Source: Octopus vulgaris | Taxonomy: Eukaryota | DNA: 64,000 nucleotides | Direction of reading: 5' to 3' | Assembly: GCA_951406725.2 (NCBI GenBank) | Contig: OX597816.1 | Coordinates: 134,292,001 to 134,356,000 of the forward strand | Shown: one piece after another, positions 1-11,836 of the stretch | How positions within the stretch are numbered: position 1 is the first letter of the stretch | How the letters are laid out: the number at the start of each line of letters is the position of its first letter | Notes under the pieces: generated by a model | The model's input: only the letters and a program-made list of their open reading frames with translations | Database searches by the model: none | What the model was told of the DNA's origin: nothing | Made by a program: the position numbers and the translations under genes

Positions 1-217
1 TCTACAATATAGGATTTCTTCAATTACAATTTACCTGGCATTTTTAAGAGTACAATGCATCGCGTCATGCCAGGTCCAGTTTTTAAAATTTAAACTCCAA
101 TTAAGCAAAATTTACAGAAAACTCACATTCTGGTGTGTGTGTCAAATGCTTTTCTTAGTCTGGTTTACACCACATGCAAACGCACACACACAGTGGGCAA
201 CGAATAAAATGAAACTA
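1..217 (+). repeat. Dispersed repeat copy, near-identical inverted partner of 9362..9578
   Basis: 1..217 is the reverse complement of ~9362..9578 with few differences. Confidence 0.85.
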
Positions 218-460
218 ATTCACTTACTGTAGTGAGTGATTCTTTCACTCTGCCTCCCACTTCCTCTTTCCACACATACACACGCAAATATATAAATAAA
301 ATTGTAAGCTAACGTGCGTGTGTGTGAGTGTGTGTGTGTGTGTGCGCGTGTGTGTGAGTGTGACGGTGCGTGTGTGTGTGTGTGTGTGTGCGTGTGCGTG
401 AGTGTGTGACAGGAAAGTTTTTTTAGACGAATATAAGACCTATATCCAAGTAGCAGAAAG

Positions 461-647
461 ATAAGACAGTAAGGTGTGATTTGAGGGAGATTTGGCTGCT
501 ATTTCTACCATGTCTAGCTGCCATGTAGGGGGTCTCCCTCATAGGCTCATACATACATATATACATAGATAAGACAGTAAGGTGTGATTTGGGGGAAATT
601 TTGCTGCTATTTCTACCAGGTCTAGCTACCATGTAGAGGTCCCCCTC
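461..647 (-). repeat. Two tandem 5' heads of a SINE-like repeat with a structured (HDV-like) end
   Basis: ataagacagtaaggtgtgatt...tttggctgctatttctacc...catgtag...ccctc occurs twice; related copies at ~24470, ~35830 and ~56200. Confidence 0.7.
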
Positions 648-943
648 AATTCTTTTATTCTTCTGCTTTTTCCAGCCATTGCTCTGTGGCCATGCTGGGG
701 CAATGCCTTGAAGAATTGTAGTTTAATGAATCAACTCCAGTTTTATTTTTGTAAGCATTGTACTTATTCTATCTGTTTCCTTTGTCAAACCACTAGGTGA
801 CAGGGATGTAAACAAACCAACATTCGTTGTCAAGCAGTGGTGGAGGACAATCACAAGCACAGACACGCACACACACACACATACATGCATACACATATAC
901 ACACATACATACATACATATATATATATGTGTGTATATATATA

Positions 944-1266
944 TTGCAGCGTGGAAGGTGTTTGTAAGCCATTTAAGAAACACACAAAAACCGTTACATT
1001 CACTTCAACATTTAAATTTAATTTGCCAAAATATTTTCGTCGCTTTGAGACCGCGACCTGTTCACTGACAAAAATATCGTGCTAACAGGTCGCGGTCTCA
1101 AAGCGACGAAAATATTTTGACAAATTAAATTTAAATGTTGAAGTGAATCTAACGGTTTTTGTGTGTTTCTTAAATGGCTTATAAACACCTTCAACGCTGC
1201 AACTGTTTTCGTTCCAGCACACGATCTCAGATCAAGTCACTTGCTATGCAAGTACATCTCTGTAAC
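944..1266. mobile_element. Fold-back element (119-bp arms 944..1062 / 1084..1202), Penelope-like pLTR-type, carrying a hammerhead-like motif
   Basis: Arms pair with 4 mismatches around a 21-nt loop; unique 3' extension; flanked by (TA)n. Confidence 0.7.
1022..1072 (-). ncRNA. Candidate minimal type-I hammerhead ribozyme, G3:C8 core variant
   Basis: UUUGUCA-GUGAACA-G-GUCGC(GGUCUCAAA)GCGAC-GAA-AAUAUU-U-UGGCAAA. Confidence 0.55.
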
Positions 1267-1364
1267 TATATATATATTTATATATATATATATATGTATA
1301 TTGGTAAAAACAGTAAGATAACAAAAGAAAGAAAGAGACCTCAATATTATGTAAATAGAGGAAA

Positions 1365-1759
1365 TCTTTATATATAAAAGTGAGGTTGTGTGTCTGTCTC
1401 CTACGATTTAGATTCCTAACTACTCCCACATTTTGCGGTGCAGTTTAACCAAAACCGGGTATCTTATAGTTGTGATTCATATCGAGACCGTCTGGGTATT
1501 AGCGCGCGTCTACGATGAGTCTACGATTTAAAAAAAAATTTACCATCAATTTTTCCCATTTTTAATCCATTTTTGACATATATAAGGGAAGTAACTCTCT
1601 AAAATTTATTATTAAATCTCAGAACGTAAAAAGCTACAGTAACACCCCTCCCCCTTTGTGGTTAGCCATATTGAGATGGCTATTATACTTTACATCTCTA
1701 AAAATTCTTATATAATTATTTCCCTTACAAACCCGAGCAACGCCGGGCGATACTGCTAG
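1365..1759 (+). mobile_element. Complete non-autonomous Helitron
   Basis: A|TC 5' end, subterminal hairpin CCCG-AGCAACGC-CGGG (1732..1747), CTAG|T 3' end, no TSD. Confidence 0.85.
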
Positions 1760-2928
1760 TCCATTGATAAGATTGCAAAAGCAATAAAAAGTTTAGAAGA
1801 AAAGATATAAATAATAAATGAGTGTAAATCGAATTGGTGAGTGTGTTAGATAATTAATAATGCATTAAGACGGTATGATTCTCATCAGACACAACAAAAT
1901 TTGCTTCAACACATGAATTCACATAAAGAATATTGCAACCAGATACAAAAACAAAGTATATATATATATATATATACAGAGTGGGGAAGCAAAACATGGA
2001 AAATAATAGATAATTCACCAAATTGTTTATTTTACAACCAGCAACCTGACATAAATATACTTTTAACACATATTTATAGAGGTGTAGTGGGAAAGGTGTA
2101 GCAAAAAATGCTGAGGTAGCAGATGAAATAGGCATCAAATGGACGACATCAAAGCATTGGATTGTCATTTAAATAATTTATTTAATTGATGCTTGCATTT
2201 ACTTGCTGTATGCAACAAAAAATTCACTACATGACATTATCAACTTGCTTTTAGTTGGTGAAGAAGAAAATAAACAGGGGAAATACCATGTTGATGTGAT
2301 GAGGTAGAACCGGACATGATTTGTGTCTGTGTGTGCATTGGTCATGCGGTGGTGTCTGTTTATGTTCTGTGACTGCTACTGTGTTGGGCCATTCATGCTG
2401 AATATGTGGTTCTATGTTGGCTGCTTGACTGGCGCAAGTTACTTGCTGGCTGTCTCTTGACAGTTTGCCTGGTGATGGCTATCTCCAGTCCATTGATGGA
2501 TTGCTGTATTCATAATGGTCATGACAGCTAGAACAGACATACCACAGGAGTAATGTCTACTTATGTAGGTCACCTCTTGTCCACTTAAACCTTAAATGAC
2601 ACGGCTCAGGTATAAGTCGAAGGGAAATCCATCCATCACTTTTTGACAGGATAAAGAAATTTCTTTCATGCCTGTTGGGTCAGTGGTAGATCAGATGAGT
2701 GAGCATCCTTAGATTCGGTTTTGAATCTCAGCTCGGAAAAAGGAAGTGTTAGTTTTCACACTACCCACTGATAGAATAAGTACTAGGCTTACAAAGAATA
2801 AATCCCATGGTCAATTCGTTTGACCAATGGTGCTGTTCCAGCATGGCTGCAGTCACATGACTGAAACAAGTAAAACGATAAACAAACTATGCCATTTTAA
2901 TCCCAAGCAAGGCCAGGTATCTCTGCCA

Positions 2929-2980
<52 letters not shown>

Positions 2981-3474
2981 AGAGATATATATACATGATG
3001 GAATCTCCTGTCAAAGACGACTTATGACTGTTCAGGTTTTACTAAATGACCTGCATAAATGATTTTCTTCATAGTATGCGATGTACATTAGCTCACTCCC
3101 TCTATCCAATTGACATTGTTTGTACTGGTGCACAAGTGTGCCACACATCTGATGTTGAAAACCTCTGTATGATAACCTCAGGTTGACCAAAGCTATGTGA
3201 GTTGGTTTGGTGGATGGAAACAACGCGCATCATATGTTTGTATGTGTGTGTGTGTGTGTTTGTGTGTTTGTCTCTCACCACCATCTGACAACTGGTGTTA
3301 TGTGTTTATGTTCCTGTAACTTAGTGGTTCAGCAAAAGAGACTGATAGAGTAAGTACCAGGTTTAAAAGAAAAAGGACTGGCTTCAGTACATTTGCATGG
3401 CTGCAGTCTGATGACTGAAATAAGTAAAAGAAAAAAAGAAAAGATACGTAATTTATTATATTAGTTGTGTCTAA

Positions 3475-3665
3475 GGTGGTGAGCTGGGGAAAATGCTTAG
3501 CAACATTTACTCTGTTTTTATGTTTTGAGTTCAAATGCCACTGAGGTCAACTTTGTGTTTCATCCTTTCGGGGTTGATAAAAAAGCAACAGTTGAGCACT
3601 GTGGTCAATGTAATCAACTCATACCCTTCTCTGAAATTGCTGGCCTTGTGCCAAAATTTGAAACC
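3475..3665 (+). mobile_element. tRNA-type SINE family B copy (other copies ~4172-4385, 4795-5000, 38690-38905, 39298-39490, 50405-50620 on +; ~16030-16170, 36580-36790, 46745-46965, 52445-52665, 52780-52955 on -)
   Basis: Recurrent gagctggcagaa...tctgagttcaaattcc...gactttgcctttcatcctttcggggtcgataaaa motif with a B-box-like gagttcaaat. Confidence 0.75.
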
Positions 3666-4455
3666 TTTATATTGTGTCTAATTGCCTTACATTTGTTACT
3701 TAGCTTCATGCTGAAAATGCATTATCACTAGTATATATGTATGTACATGTGTATGTATATATACACTCTTACACACACATACACACACACACTCACACAC
3801 ATACACTTGCACAAACACATATGATATATAGTGATCATTAAAGTTCTTCATCTGGTGCTTGTACAGTCATTACACTTTCCTAAAGTTAAGTTTCCTCTGA
3901 TAATTAATTCGGTGAACTCTGTGATCATGGCAAATGAAAGAAATCGTAAGTGATAATAATGTGTGGGTGGGGGATGGAGGGGGGGCTTAATATGTCTAAA
4001 CTGAAAAGAAAATCACCAGATTACAAATGGGAAAGAGGATAAATTTTTGTAACTAAGATCCAGTTGAAGACTTCTTTGTATAAATTTGGTTTAACAGTTG
4101 TAATAATTGTAGTGGTAGTAGTGGTGGTAATGATTGTGTAGTAACTATTTTAATAGAATTTGTATTCATTTAAGGCAGCGAGCTGGCAGAAACGCTTAGT
4201 GGTATTCCATCTGCCGTTCTGTCTGAGTTCAAATTCCACCGAGGTTGACTTTGCCTTTCATCCTTTCGGGGTCGATAAAATTAAGTACCAGTTATGCACT
4301 GGGGTCAATGTAATCGACTTAATCTCTTTGTCTGTCCTTGTTTGTTCCTTCTATGTTTAGCCCCTTGTGGGCAGTAAAGAAATAAGAATTTGTATTGATT
4401 GAATTCTGTATAAAGAATTGTTTAATTTGTATCATACATTTGCTGTTATTTTCAG

Positions 4456-4636
4456 ATATTTATTTCAGGAATACTATGACTGTGTAGTGAGGGCTCAGCG
4501 TTTATCTGCTACTAAGCAGGCCACTTCAAAACCCAGTGCATCTACAATCTTATTACAAACAGATGACTTGCTCATTTATCTTCGCTGGCTTATATATTAT
4601 TTGCATTCTACCAAAAAGTTTCACCAGTTTTTGACA
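4456..4636 (+). CDS. Host gene exon 1 in window (YLFQEYYDCVVRAQRLS...FHQFLT)
   Basis: ttttcag acceptor (alternative in-frame AG at 4467-4468), ACA|gtaagt donor, phase 0 end. Confidence 0.85.
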
Positions 4637-5139
4637 GTAAGTACATGTGTTTGTGTTTCTTGGTAGTTTTCCTTCCCTGATGCCACCCTAATGATATCTT
4701 TTTTTTTTAAATATTGAAATAGAAGTATGATACCTAGATAATAAAATTCAAAAACCTTATCATTATTATTGTGTATTTTAAAGTGATGAGCTAACAGAAT
4801 CATTAGCATGCTGGAGTAAAAATGCTTAGTGTTATGTCTTCTGGATTTTTCATTCTGAGTTCAAATTGTGCCAAGATCAACTTTGCCTGTCATCATTTCA
4901 GGGTCGATAAAATAAGTACCAGGGTAGTACTGGGATTGATGCAATTTATTCACCTCTGCCCCAAAATTTCAGACCTTGTGCTTGTAGTAAGTAGAAAAGA
5001 TTATTAGTGTGTCTTTTTGGATGAGCCTTACATTAAAAAACCCTTAACTCCATCCAAGACACTACGCAATATTTTCATACATGCTTTCACAACAATCATT
5101 ATCTGGTTAGTTTCAGTAGTTTTCCTATGTATATACATA

Positions 5140-5232
<93 letters not shown>

Positions 5233-5235
<3 letters not shown>

Positions 5236-5970
5236 TCATCATCATCATTTAGCGTCCGCTTTCCATGCTAGCATGGATTGGACGGTTCAACTGGGGTCTG
5301 TGAAGCCAGAAGGCTGCATCAGGCTCAGTCTGATCTGGCAGTGTTTCTACGGCTGGATGCCTTTCCTAACGCCAACCACTCCGTGAGTGTAGTGGGTGCT
5401 TTTTACGTGCCACCCGCACAGGTGCCAGACGGAGCTGGCAAACGGCCACGGACGGATGGTGTATTTTACATGCTACCAGCACGGGGGCCAGGTGAGGCTG
5501 GCAACGGCCACGAATGGATGGTGCTTTTACGTGCCACCAGCACGAGGGCCAGGCGAGGCTGGCAACGGCCATGAACGGATGGTGCTACATGCCACCGGCA
5601 CGGGGGCCAGGCGGGGCGGCGCTGGCAACGGCCACGATTGGATGGTTCGCTTACTTGTCACCGGCACTGGTACCACAGCTGTATTTTCCATTGATGTTGA
5701 TCGACTTCGATTTTGGTTCTGCTTTCTGATATCGGATTTGATTTGATTTGATTTTGATTTTGATTTTGATTTTCACTTGCCTCAACGGGTCTTCACAAGT
5801 GGAGTTTTGTGTCCCAAGAAGTTAAGGTATGTAGGCCACAGGTTATGTTCTCACTAGTCTTGCCGGGTCTTCTCACGCACAGCATACTTCCATAGGTCTC
5901 GGTCTCTAGTCATTTCCTTGGTGAGACCTAAAGTTCGAAGGTCGTGCTTCACCACCTCGTCCCAGGTTTT
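5233..5970 (-). mobile_element. 3' fragment of RTE LINE with ~61-bp unit array in 3' UTR and (GAT)n tail
   Basis: Reverse complement of the 3' end of the 11.2-13.8 kb LINE (KTWDEVVKHDLR region, tail). Confidence 0.85.
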
Positions 5971-6242
5971 ACATATATATATATATATTATATATATGAA
6001 TAAAAAATGGAGTTAACGCAGGTTTAAACAAGTATTTTTACTTTCTACATATGTTTCGAAAATTCCACTGATACTATTCAAAAGAATAAAAGGTATAAAC
6101 AATGCAATCTTCTCATATATATCATCATCATCATCATCATCATCATTTAACGTCCGCTTTCCATGCTAGCATGGGTTGGACGGTTCAACTGGGGTCTGGG
6201 GAGCCCGAAAGCTGCACCAGTCCAGTCAGATCTGGCAGTGTT

Positions 6243-6362
<120 letters not shown>

Positions 6363-6368
6363 CACACA

Positions 6369-7608
6369 CAGAGACATGCAGAAAGTAAATAGACACCTTT
6401 AATTTAATACGCAAAGCAAACAATTGAAATATAATCGATAGGTAGGTCGACATACTTTAGTATTTAGTTGACATTCCCTGTGCAGTTTTTAATTCAGAAA
6501 CTCTTTTTGGTATTGAACTGATGAGCTTTGTGATTGTCTCTTGTGGAATTTCTGCCCACTTTTCACGCAACAATCGAAACAATTCATCTTTAGATTTAGG
6601 TTTCTGCCGAGTTTTCCATATAGCTCGGTCCAGTATGCTCCAAAGATTTTCAATTGGGATCATGTCAGGAGATTGGCTTGGCCAATGAAGCTTTCTGATC
6701 CCATTTTCAGTCAGCCATTGTTGATTCCTTTCCGCTATGTGGCATAGAACCTCATCTTCCATGAATAAAAACTCATTTTTCATTATGTTGTCGTGTGAAT
6801 ACATCGGAAGTAGTCTTTGCTTAAGTATTTCGATGTATTTTTCAAAGTTTATGGTTCCAACACATTCGATCAGCTCAGAACGACCATTGCAGGTGACAGC
6901 TCCCCATCCCCATACCATTACATTGGTTGGAGTCGTTTCAAATCAAATTCTTGATTGGGAAGCCTCCAGACCCAAACACATCCACTGTCTGAAAATAATG
7001 CAAATCTGGATTCATCTGAGAAAATCACTCTATCCCAAAACGAACTGGATTTTTTTGACATCTTCTTAGCCCATTTCTTTCTTTTCATGATATTAATTGG
7101 TTGAAGGAGAGGTTTTCTTCTAGCTGATCGTCCATAATGCTCAAGCTTATGCAGATATATAACACATGTTCTTGGACTAACTTCTAGCTGTTTTGCAATA
7201 TCAGAAGCCTTCAAACAGGGTTCATTTTTCACAATTCTCTTCAAACAGCGAAGCTTCCTTTCCGAGGGCCCAGGTCGGCCAGGACGAGAATCTGTTAATT
7301 CTTTTCATTGGCTTTTGAATTGCACTATAATTCTATTAACAGTAGCAAGAGGAATTTGAAGATTTTTGGCAATTTTTTGCTGGCTAAGACCAGCCTCAGA
7401 TTGCCCAACAATACGGCCTCTTTGAAAATCTGACTGTTCTGCTGAATTTTTTGTGCATGGTATGGTTACTCCTCGCAAATGTTTAATATAATGGCACCTG
7501 GAATGAAAAAGAATAATTACATTGTAAATTCTACACCGCTGAAAACATATTAAGTCGCTTAGATCAGAAATTTTGAAAATTAAAGATGTCTATTTACTTC
7601 CTGAATGA

Positions 7609-7613
<5 letters not shown>
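6369..7613 (-). mobile_element. Tc1-family (DD34E) transposon with ~37-bp TIRs and a decayed transposase (~6457..7463)
   Basis: TIRs 6369..6405 / 7577..7613; [26 protein letters not shown] with 34 residues between D and E; in-frame stop and a frameshift near 6918. Confidence 0.9.
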
Positions 7614-7642
<29 letters not shown>

Positions 7643-7643
7643 A

Positions 7644-7685
<42 letters not shown>

Positions 7686-7689
<4 letters not shown>

Positions 7690-8321
7690 CAGTATCGCCC
7701 GGCGTTGCTCGGGTTTGTAAGGGAAATAACTATATAAGCATTTTTAGAGAGTTATAGCCACAAAATAGCAAAAAATGCATTAAAAATGGAAAAAATATGA
7801 TGGTAAATTTTTTGAAAAATCGTTGACTCATCGTAGACATTTTTAGAGAGTTACTTCCCTTATATAATAGAGAAAAAATGCATTAAAATGGAAAAAAAAC
7901 GATGGTAAGTTTTTTTTAAATCGTAGACTCATGTAGACACTTTCTTAGCCATTTCTGTTTTGGTGTCTTCAAGCCATGAAGTCGTTGTTCTAAAAGAACG
8001 CTGGTCTCCTTGACAACGCATTACAACGTTGATTTCCTTACACTCCCTTCCCCACAGGTGCAGGTGTGAGCGTGGACGCCAACTCCGCCGCCATCGACAC
8101 ATGAAAAATTATGCATTAAAATGGAATAAAAAATGATGTTAAATTATTTTTAAAATCGTAGACTCATCGTAGACGCGCGCTAATACTCAGACGGGCTCGA
8201 TATGAATCACGACTATAAGCTACCCGAATTTGGTTAAACTGCACCGCAAAATGTGGGAGTAGTTAGGAATCTAAATCGAAGGGGACAGACACTCACACAA
8301 CTACAGTTTTATATATATAGA
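7686..8321 (-). mobile_element. Non-autonomous Helitron of the same family as 1365..1759, inverted
   Basis: On - strand: A|TCTATATATATAAAA start, same CCCGAGCAACGCCGGG hairpin, CTAA|T end, internal partial duplications. Confidence 0.85.
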
Positions 8322-8379
8322 TATACATAGCGCAGTAGTGGTGAGATGTGACAGCAAAGAAAAGCATACATTCACTCTC

Positions 8380-8772
8380 TGCATGCAATTAGACTCGGAA
8401 AGTTCGTGAGGAACCCATTGACCCAATTTGCTGACTTTTCCGATAGCACACAGGTCTCAATGAATGGTTGAATGACCAAATCCAAGCTTCTCTGCTAGTT
8501 CCTCAACAGTTACGATGAGATTTTGTTCCACCAGGGTTTTCAGGATGTCCTTGTCGAGTTCTACAGATCTTTCAGGATGAGGCTCGTCTTCTAGGCTGTT
8601 CCAATATAGCTTTGAAAAAAATAGCTGTTAAAATCGAAATGCACTCTTCAAAACTTGCACTATGAATAAGGACAAGATAAAATTACTACCTGCTTTTATA
8701 GCAAGTTAATATAAGTAGTTTATCCCATTCCCCTCTGACTTTTAGTTCAAGCTGTTGAAAAAACCGCATTAT
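8380..8772 (-). mobile_element. Mariner-like remnant (5' end plus transposase N-terminal fragment)
   Basis: Decayed frame with LEDEP..P and VEQNLI.TVEELAEKLG-like HTH segment. Confidence 0.55.
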
Positions 8773-9060
8773 TATATATATATACATACATACATACATA
8801 CATACATACATACATACATACATACATACACACACACTCTCTCTCTCACACACATGCACACATTTATATTCTGTTATTCTTTTATATGTTTCAGCCTTGA
8901 GGTTGTGGCCATGCTGGATCATGTGTGTGTGTGTGTGTGTCTATCAGTCTGTCTGTCTGTATGTATATATGTATATGTATGTGTGTGAACAATAATATTT
9001 TCAACAGATGTGTTGCAAATGTATCTGATTGTTCTCAAGCTTCAATACTGTGTGTGTGTA

Positions 9061-9091
<31 letters not shown>

Positions 9092-9361
9092 ATATGTATG
9101 TATATGTATGTATGTATGTATGTGTGTATGTATGTGTGTGTGTATGTATGTGTGTGTGTGTATGTATGTATGTATGTATGTATGAGTGTATGTTTACTTT
9201 ATTACTAACACAAGGTTATTTAATGTAAAGTCTTCCTCAAATCACTATCTCTGGCTATTTACTCTCTTCCAAGAACATTTTCACTCACACTTATGTGTTA
9301 GCTTCCCATACATTTTACTCATGTATCTATCAGCATGATAGAGAGAAACAAATATTACATC

Positions 9362-9626
9362 TAGTTTCACTTTATTCGTTGCCCACTGTGTGTGTGCGTT
9401 TGCGTGTGGTGTAAACCAGACTAAGAAAAGCATTTGACACACACACCAGAATGTGAGTTTTCTGTAAATTTTGCTTAATTGGAGTTTAAATTTTAAAAAC
9501 TGGACCTGGCATGACGCGATGCATTGTACTCTTAAAAATGCCAGGTAAATTGTAATTGAAGAAATCCTATATTGTAGATTTGTATAACTCCCAAAGGGAG
9601 GCAGATAAAATCTGCCTTTTATAATA

Positions 9627-9629
<3 letters not shown>
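9362..9629 (-). mobile_element. 5' part of a Helitron-like non-autonomous element
   Basis: On - strand begins A|TCTTATTATAAAAGGCAGAT with an AGGCAGAT/ATCTGCCT hairpin; abuts (TA)n; matches 1..217. Confidence 0.6.
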
Positions 9630-9666
<37 letters not shown>

Positions 9667-9954
9667 ATGTGTGGCCTAGTGGTTAGGCTGTTGCACTCAT
9701 AATTGCTAGATTGTGGGTTCAATTCCCTGAGTAGGCAGTGTGTTGTGTTCTTGAGCAAAACACTTCATTTCAAGTTGCTCCAGTACCCACTTTTGACCAG
9801 CGGGGAATGTTGTTGACCTGCTGGCCTCTCCAGCGGGGTAGCATCATTTGAAGGCTAAAACAATGCAAATGCGCATTGTGACTGGTGATGTGTAACAACA
9901 TCTGATGTTGGCTGGTTGATCACATAATATATATATATATATATGTATATATAT

Positions 9955-10347
9955 TCTTTTATTTGTTTCAGTCATTTCACAGTGGCCATGCTAGAGCACC
10001 ACCTTTAGTTGAACAAATCGACCCTAGAGCTTATTCTTTTGTAAGCCTAGTACTTATTATATCGGTAACTTTTGCCAAACCGCTAAGTTATGGGGGACAT
10101 AAAGACACCAACATTGGTTGTCAAGTGATAGTGGAGGAGAGGGCAAACACAGACACGCAAACATTTTCATATATATATATATACAATGGGCTTCTTTCAG
10201 TTTCTGCCTACCAAATCCACTCACAGGGCTTTGGTTGGCCCGAGGCTATAGTAGAAGACCCTTGCCGAAGGTGCCATGAAGTGGGATGGAACCCAGAACC
10301 GTCTGGTTGGTAAGCAAGCTACTTACCACACAGCCACTCCTGCACCT
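9955..10347 (-). mobile_element. tRNA-type SINE family C copy (other copies ~25290-25933, 26620-26760, 29355-29730, 45945-46105, 50915-51350, all -)
   Basis: Head caggagtggctgtgtggtaag...ggttcagtcccactgc..ggcaccttgggcaagtgtcttc, internal microsatellite, tail ...cagcatggccac..tgactgaaacaa. Confidence 0.8.
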
Positions 10348-10424
10348 ACAGCTTACTTACTACACACCCACTCCTGCACCTACACACATATATGTGTGTG
10401 TGTGTATATTTATATATGTATATA

Positions 10425-11050
10425 AAAGTGGAGCAGAGAATCTGCATCAAATTTTGCTAAAAGCTTGGCAATGCCTGCTCAGAGACCTACCCAATGTTTT
10501 CAAAAGTTTTCATTGTTCTCAACACAATCAAGGAGATCTTGTGCAACTGAAACCCAAGTGTTTTTAGGTCAGCTGAAAGCAGTTTTGGCACAAATTTGGC
10601 AGACACATGACTCATACCCAAATCTTCAGTGATTATGAACTGAACTGAATTGTAACTAATCTGCATATTCTCTGATAACTCACGGATAGTGATACAATGA
10701 TTTCTCCTCACAGCAGCATGCACATCTGCAATGTTTTTCTCAGTTCTGATGTTTGCATGTCTCCTATAACATTCATCAATATCGACATTTTTTCAGCCAT
10801 ATTGGAAATGCATGAACCACTCGTACACTTGTGTGCTGCTCATACACTTCTTTCTATACACTTTCTGCAACTTTGCATAGGCCTCTGAGCAGGTATTGCC
10901 ATGATTACTTTCTCTGTCATGATCAATGCGACGATCACACGCTACACACCTTCCTTCCAAGCACTGCTGTAAACAACGGAAGTGAGCTAGAATGTTAAAA
11001 CTTTGTGTGCATGCATAACAGTCTGGATACTTATTGATCAGACCTCACAT
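10425..11050 (-). mobile_element. Mariner transposon remnant
   Basis: ITIRELSENMQISY.SVQFIITEDLGM..VSAKFVPKLLS matches the mariner HTH and WVP(K/H)L linker; TIR-like end near 11020..11050. Confidence 0.8.
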
Positions 11051-11836
11051 ATATATACAGCAATCTCTTGCCATATCGCAGTTCATCTATCGACCACTCA
11101 GAACATCATAGTTCATCTATCTTGCACTCAGTACATTGCGAGTTTCTGCGACCGATTGGTATTTATATTTTTTAGATTTTAATCATTTCTGTGGGAGGCT
11201 TTGGAATGTAACATGTAACACCTGTGATAGTTGAGGAATTACTGTATATACTCATCAAGAAATTTGATGAGAGGGAAGAGGAGCTTCAGACGTCAGACAT
11301 AGAAGGTAGCTGGGAATTCCTACGGGACAGCCTGTTGAGTGCCACAGACCAAGTTTGTGGATGGTGCAAAGTCCCTTCCAGACCTAGAATTACGTGGTGG
11401 TGGAATAGTGCAGTAGATAAAGCCATCTGTGAAAAGAGACGGGCCTGGAAAGCCTGGAAGGATGGGGGCAGCAGGGAACTGTACCAGATAGCCAAAAGGG
11501 AGGCTGGGCGGCAGGTATACATTGCCAAAGATGTAGCAGAAAAGAAGAAGTTTGCCAATGTCCAGCGTCGCGAGGATCAAAGAGCTGAAGTATTTTGGAT
11601 TGCCAGACAGTGTGTCAGAGAAAATAGCGATGTTATAGGAGAGAAATGTGTCCGCATGGATGATGGGGCACTTGCTTTTACTACTAGTGAAAAGAAAGAG
11701 GCTTGGAGAAGCCATTATGAAAGACTGCTGAATGAGGAGAATGAATGGGAGGAGGAGAGCCTGCCAAATGTTGACCCAGTAGAGGGACCCAGCTACCCGA
11801 ATAGACAGCTCCCTTGTAGATAAGGCAATTAAGGAT

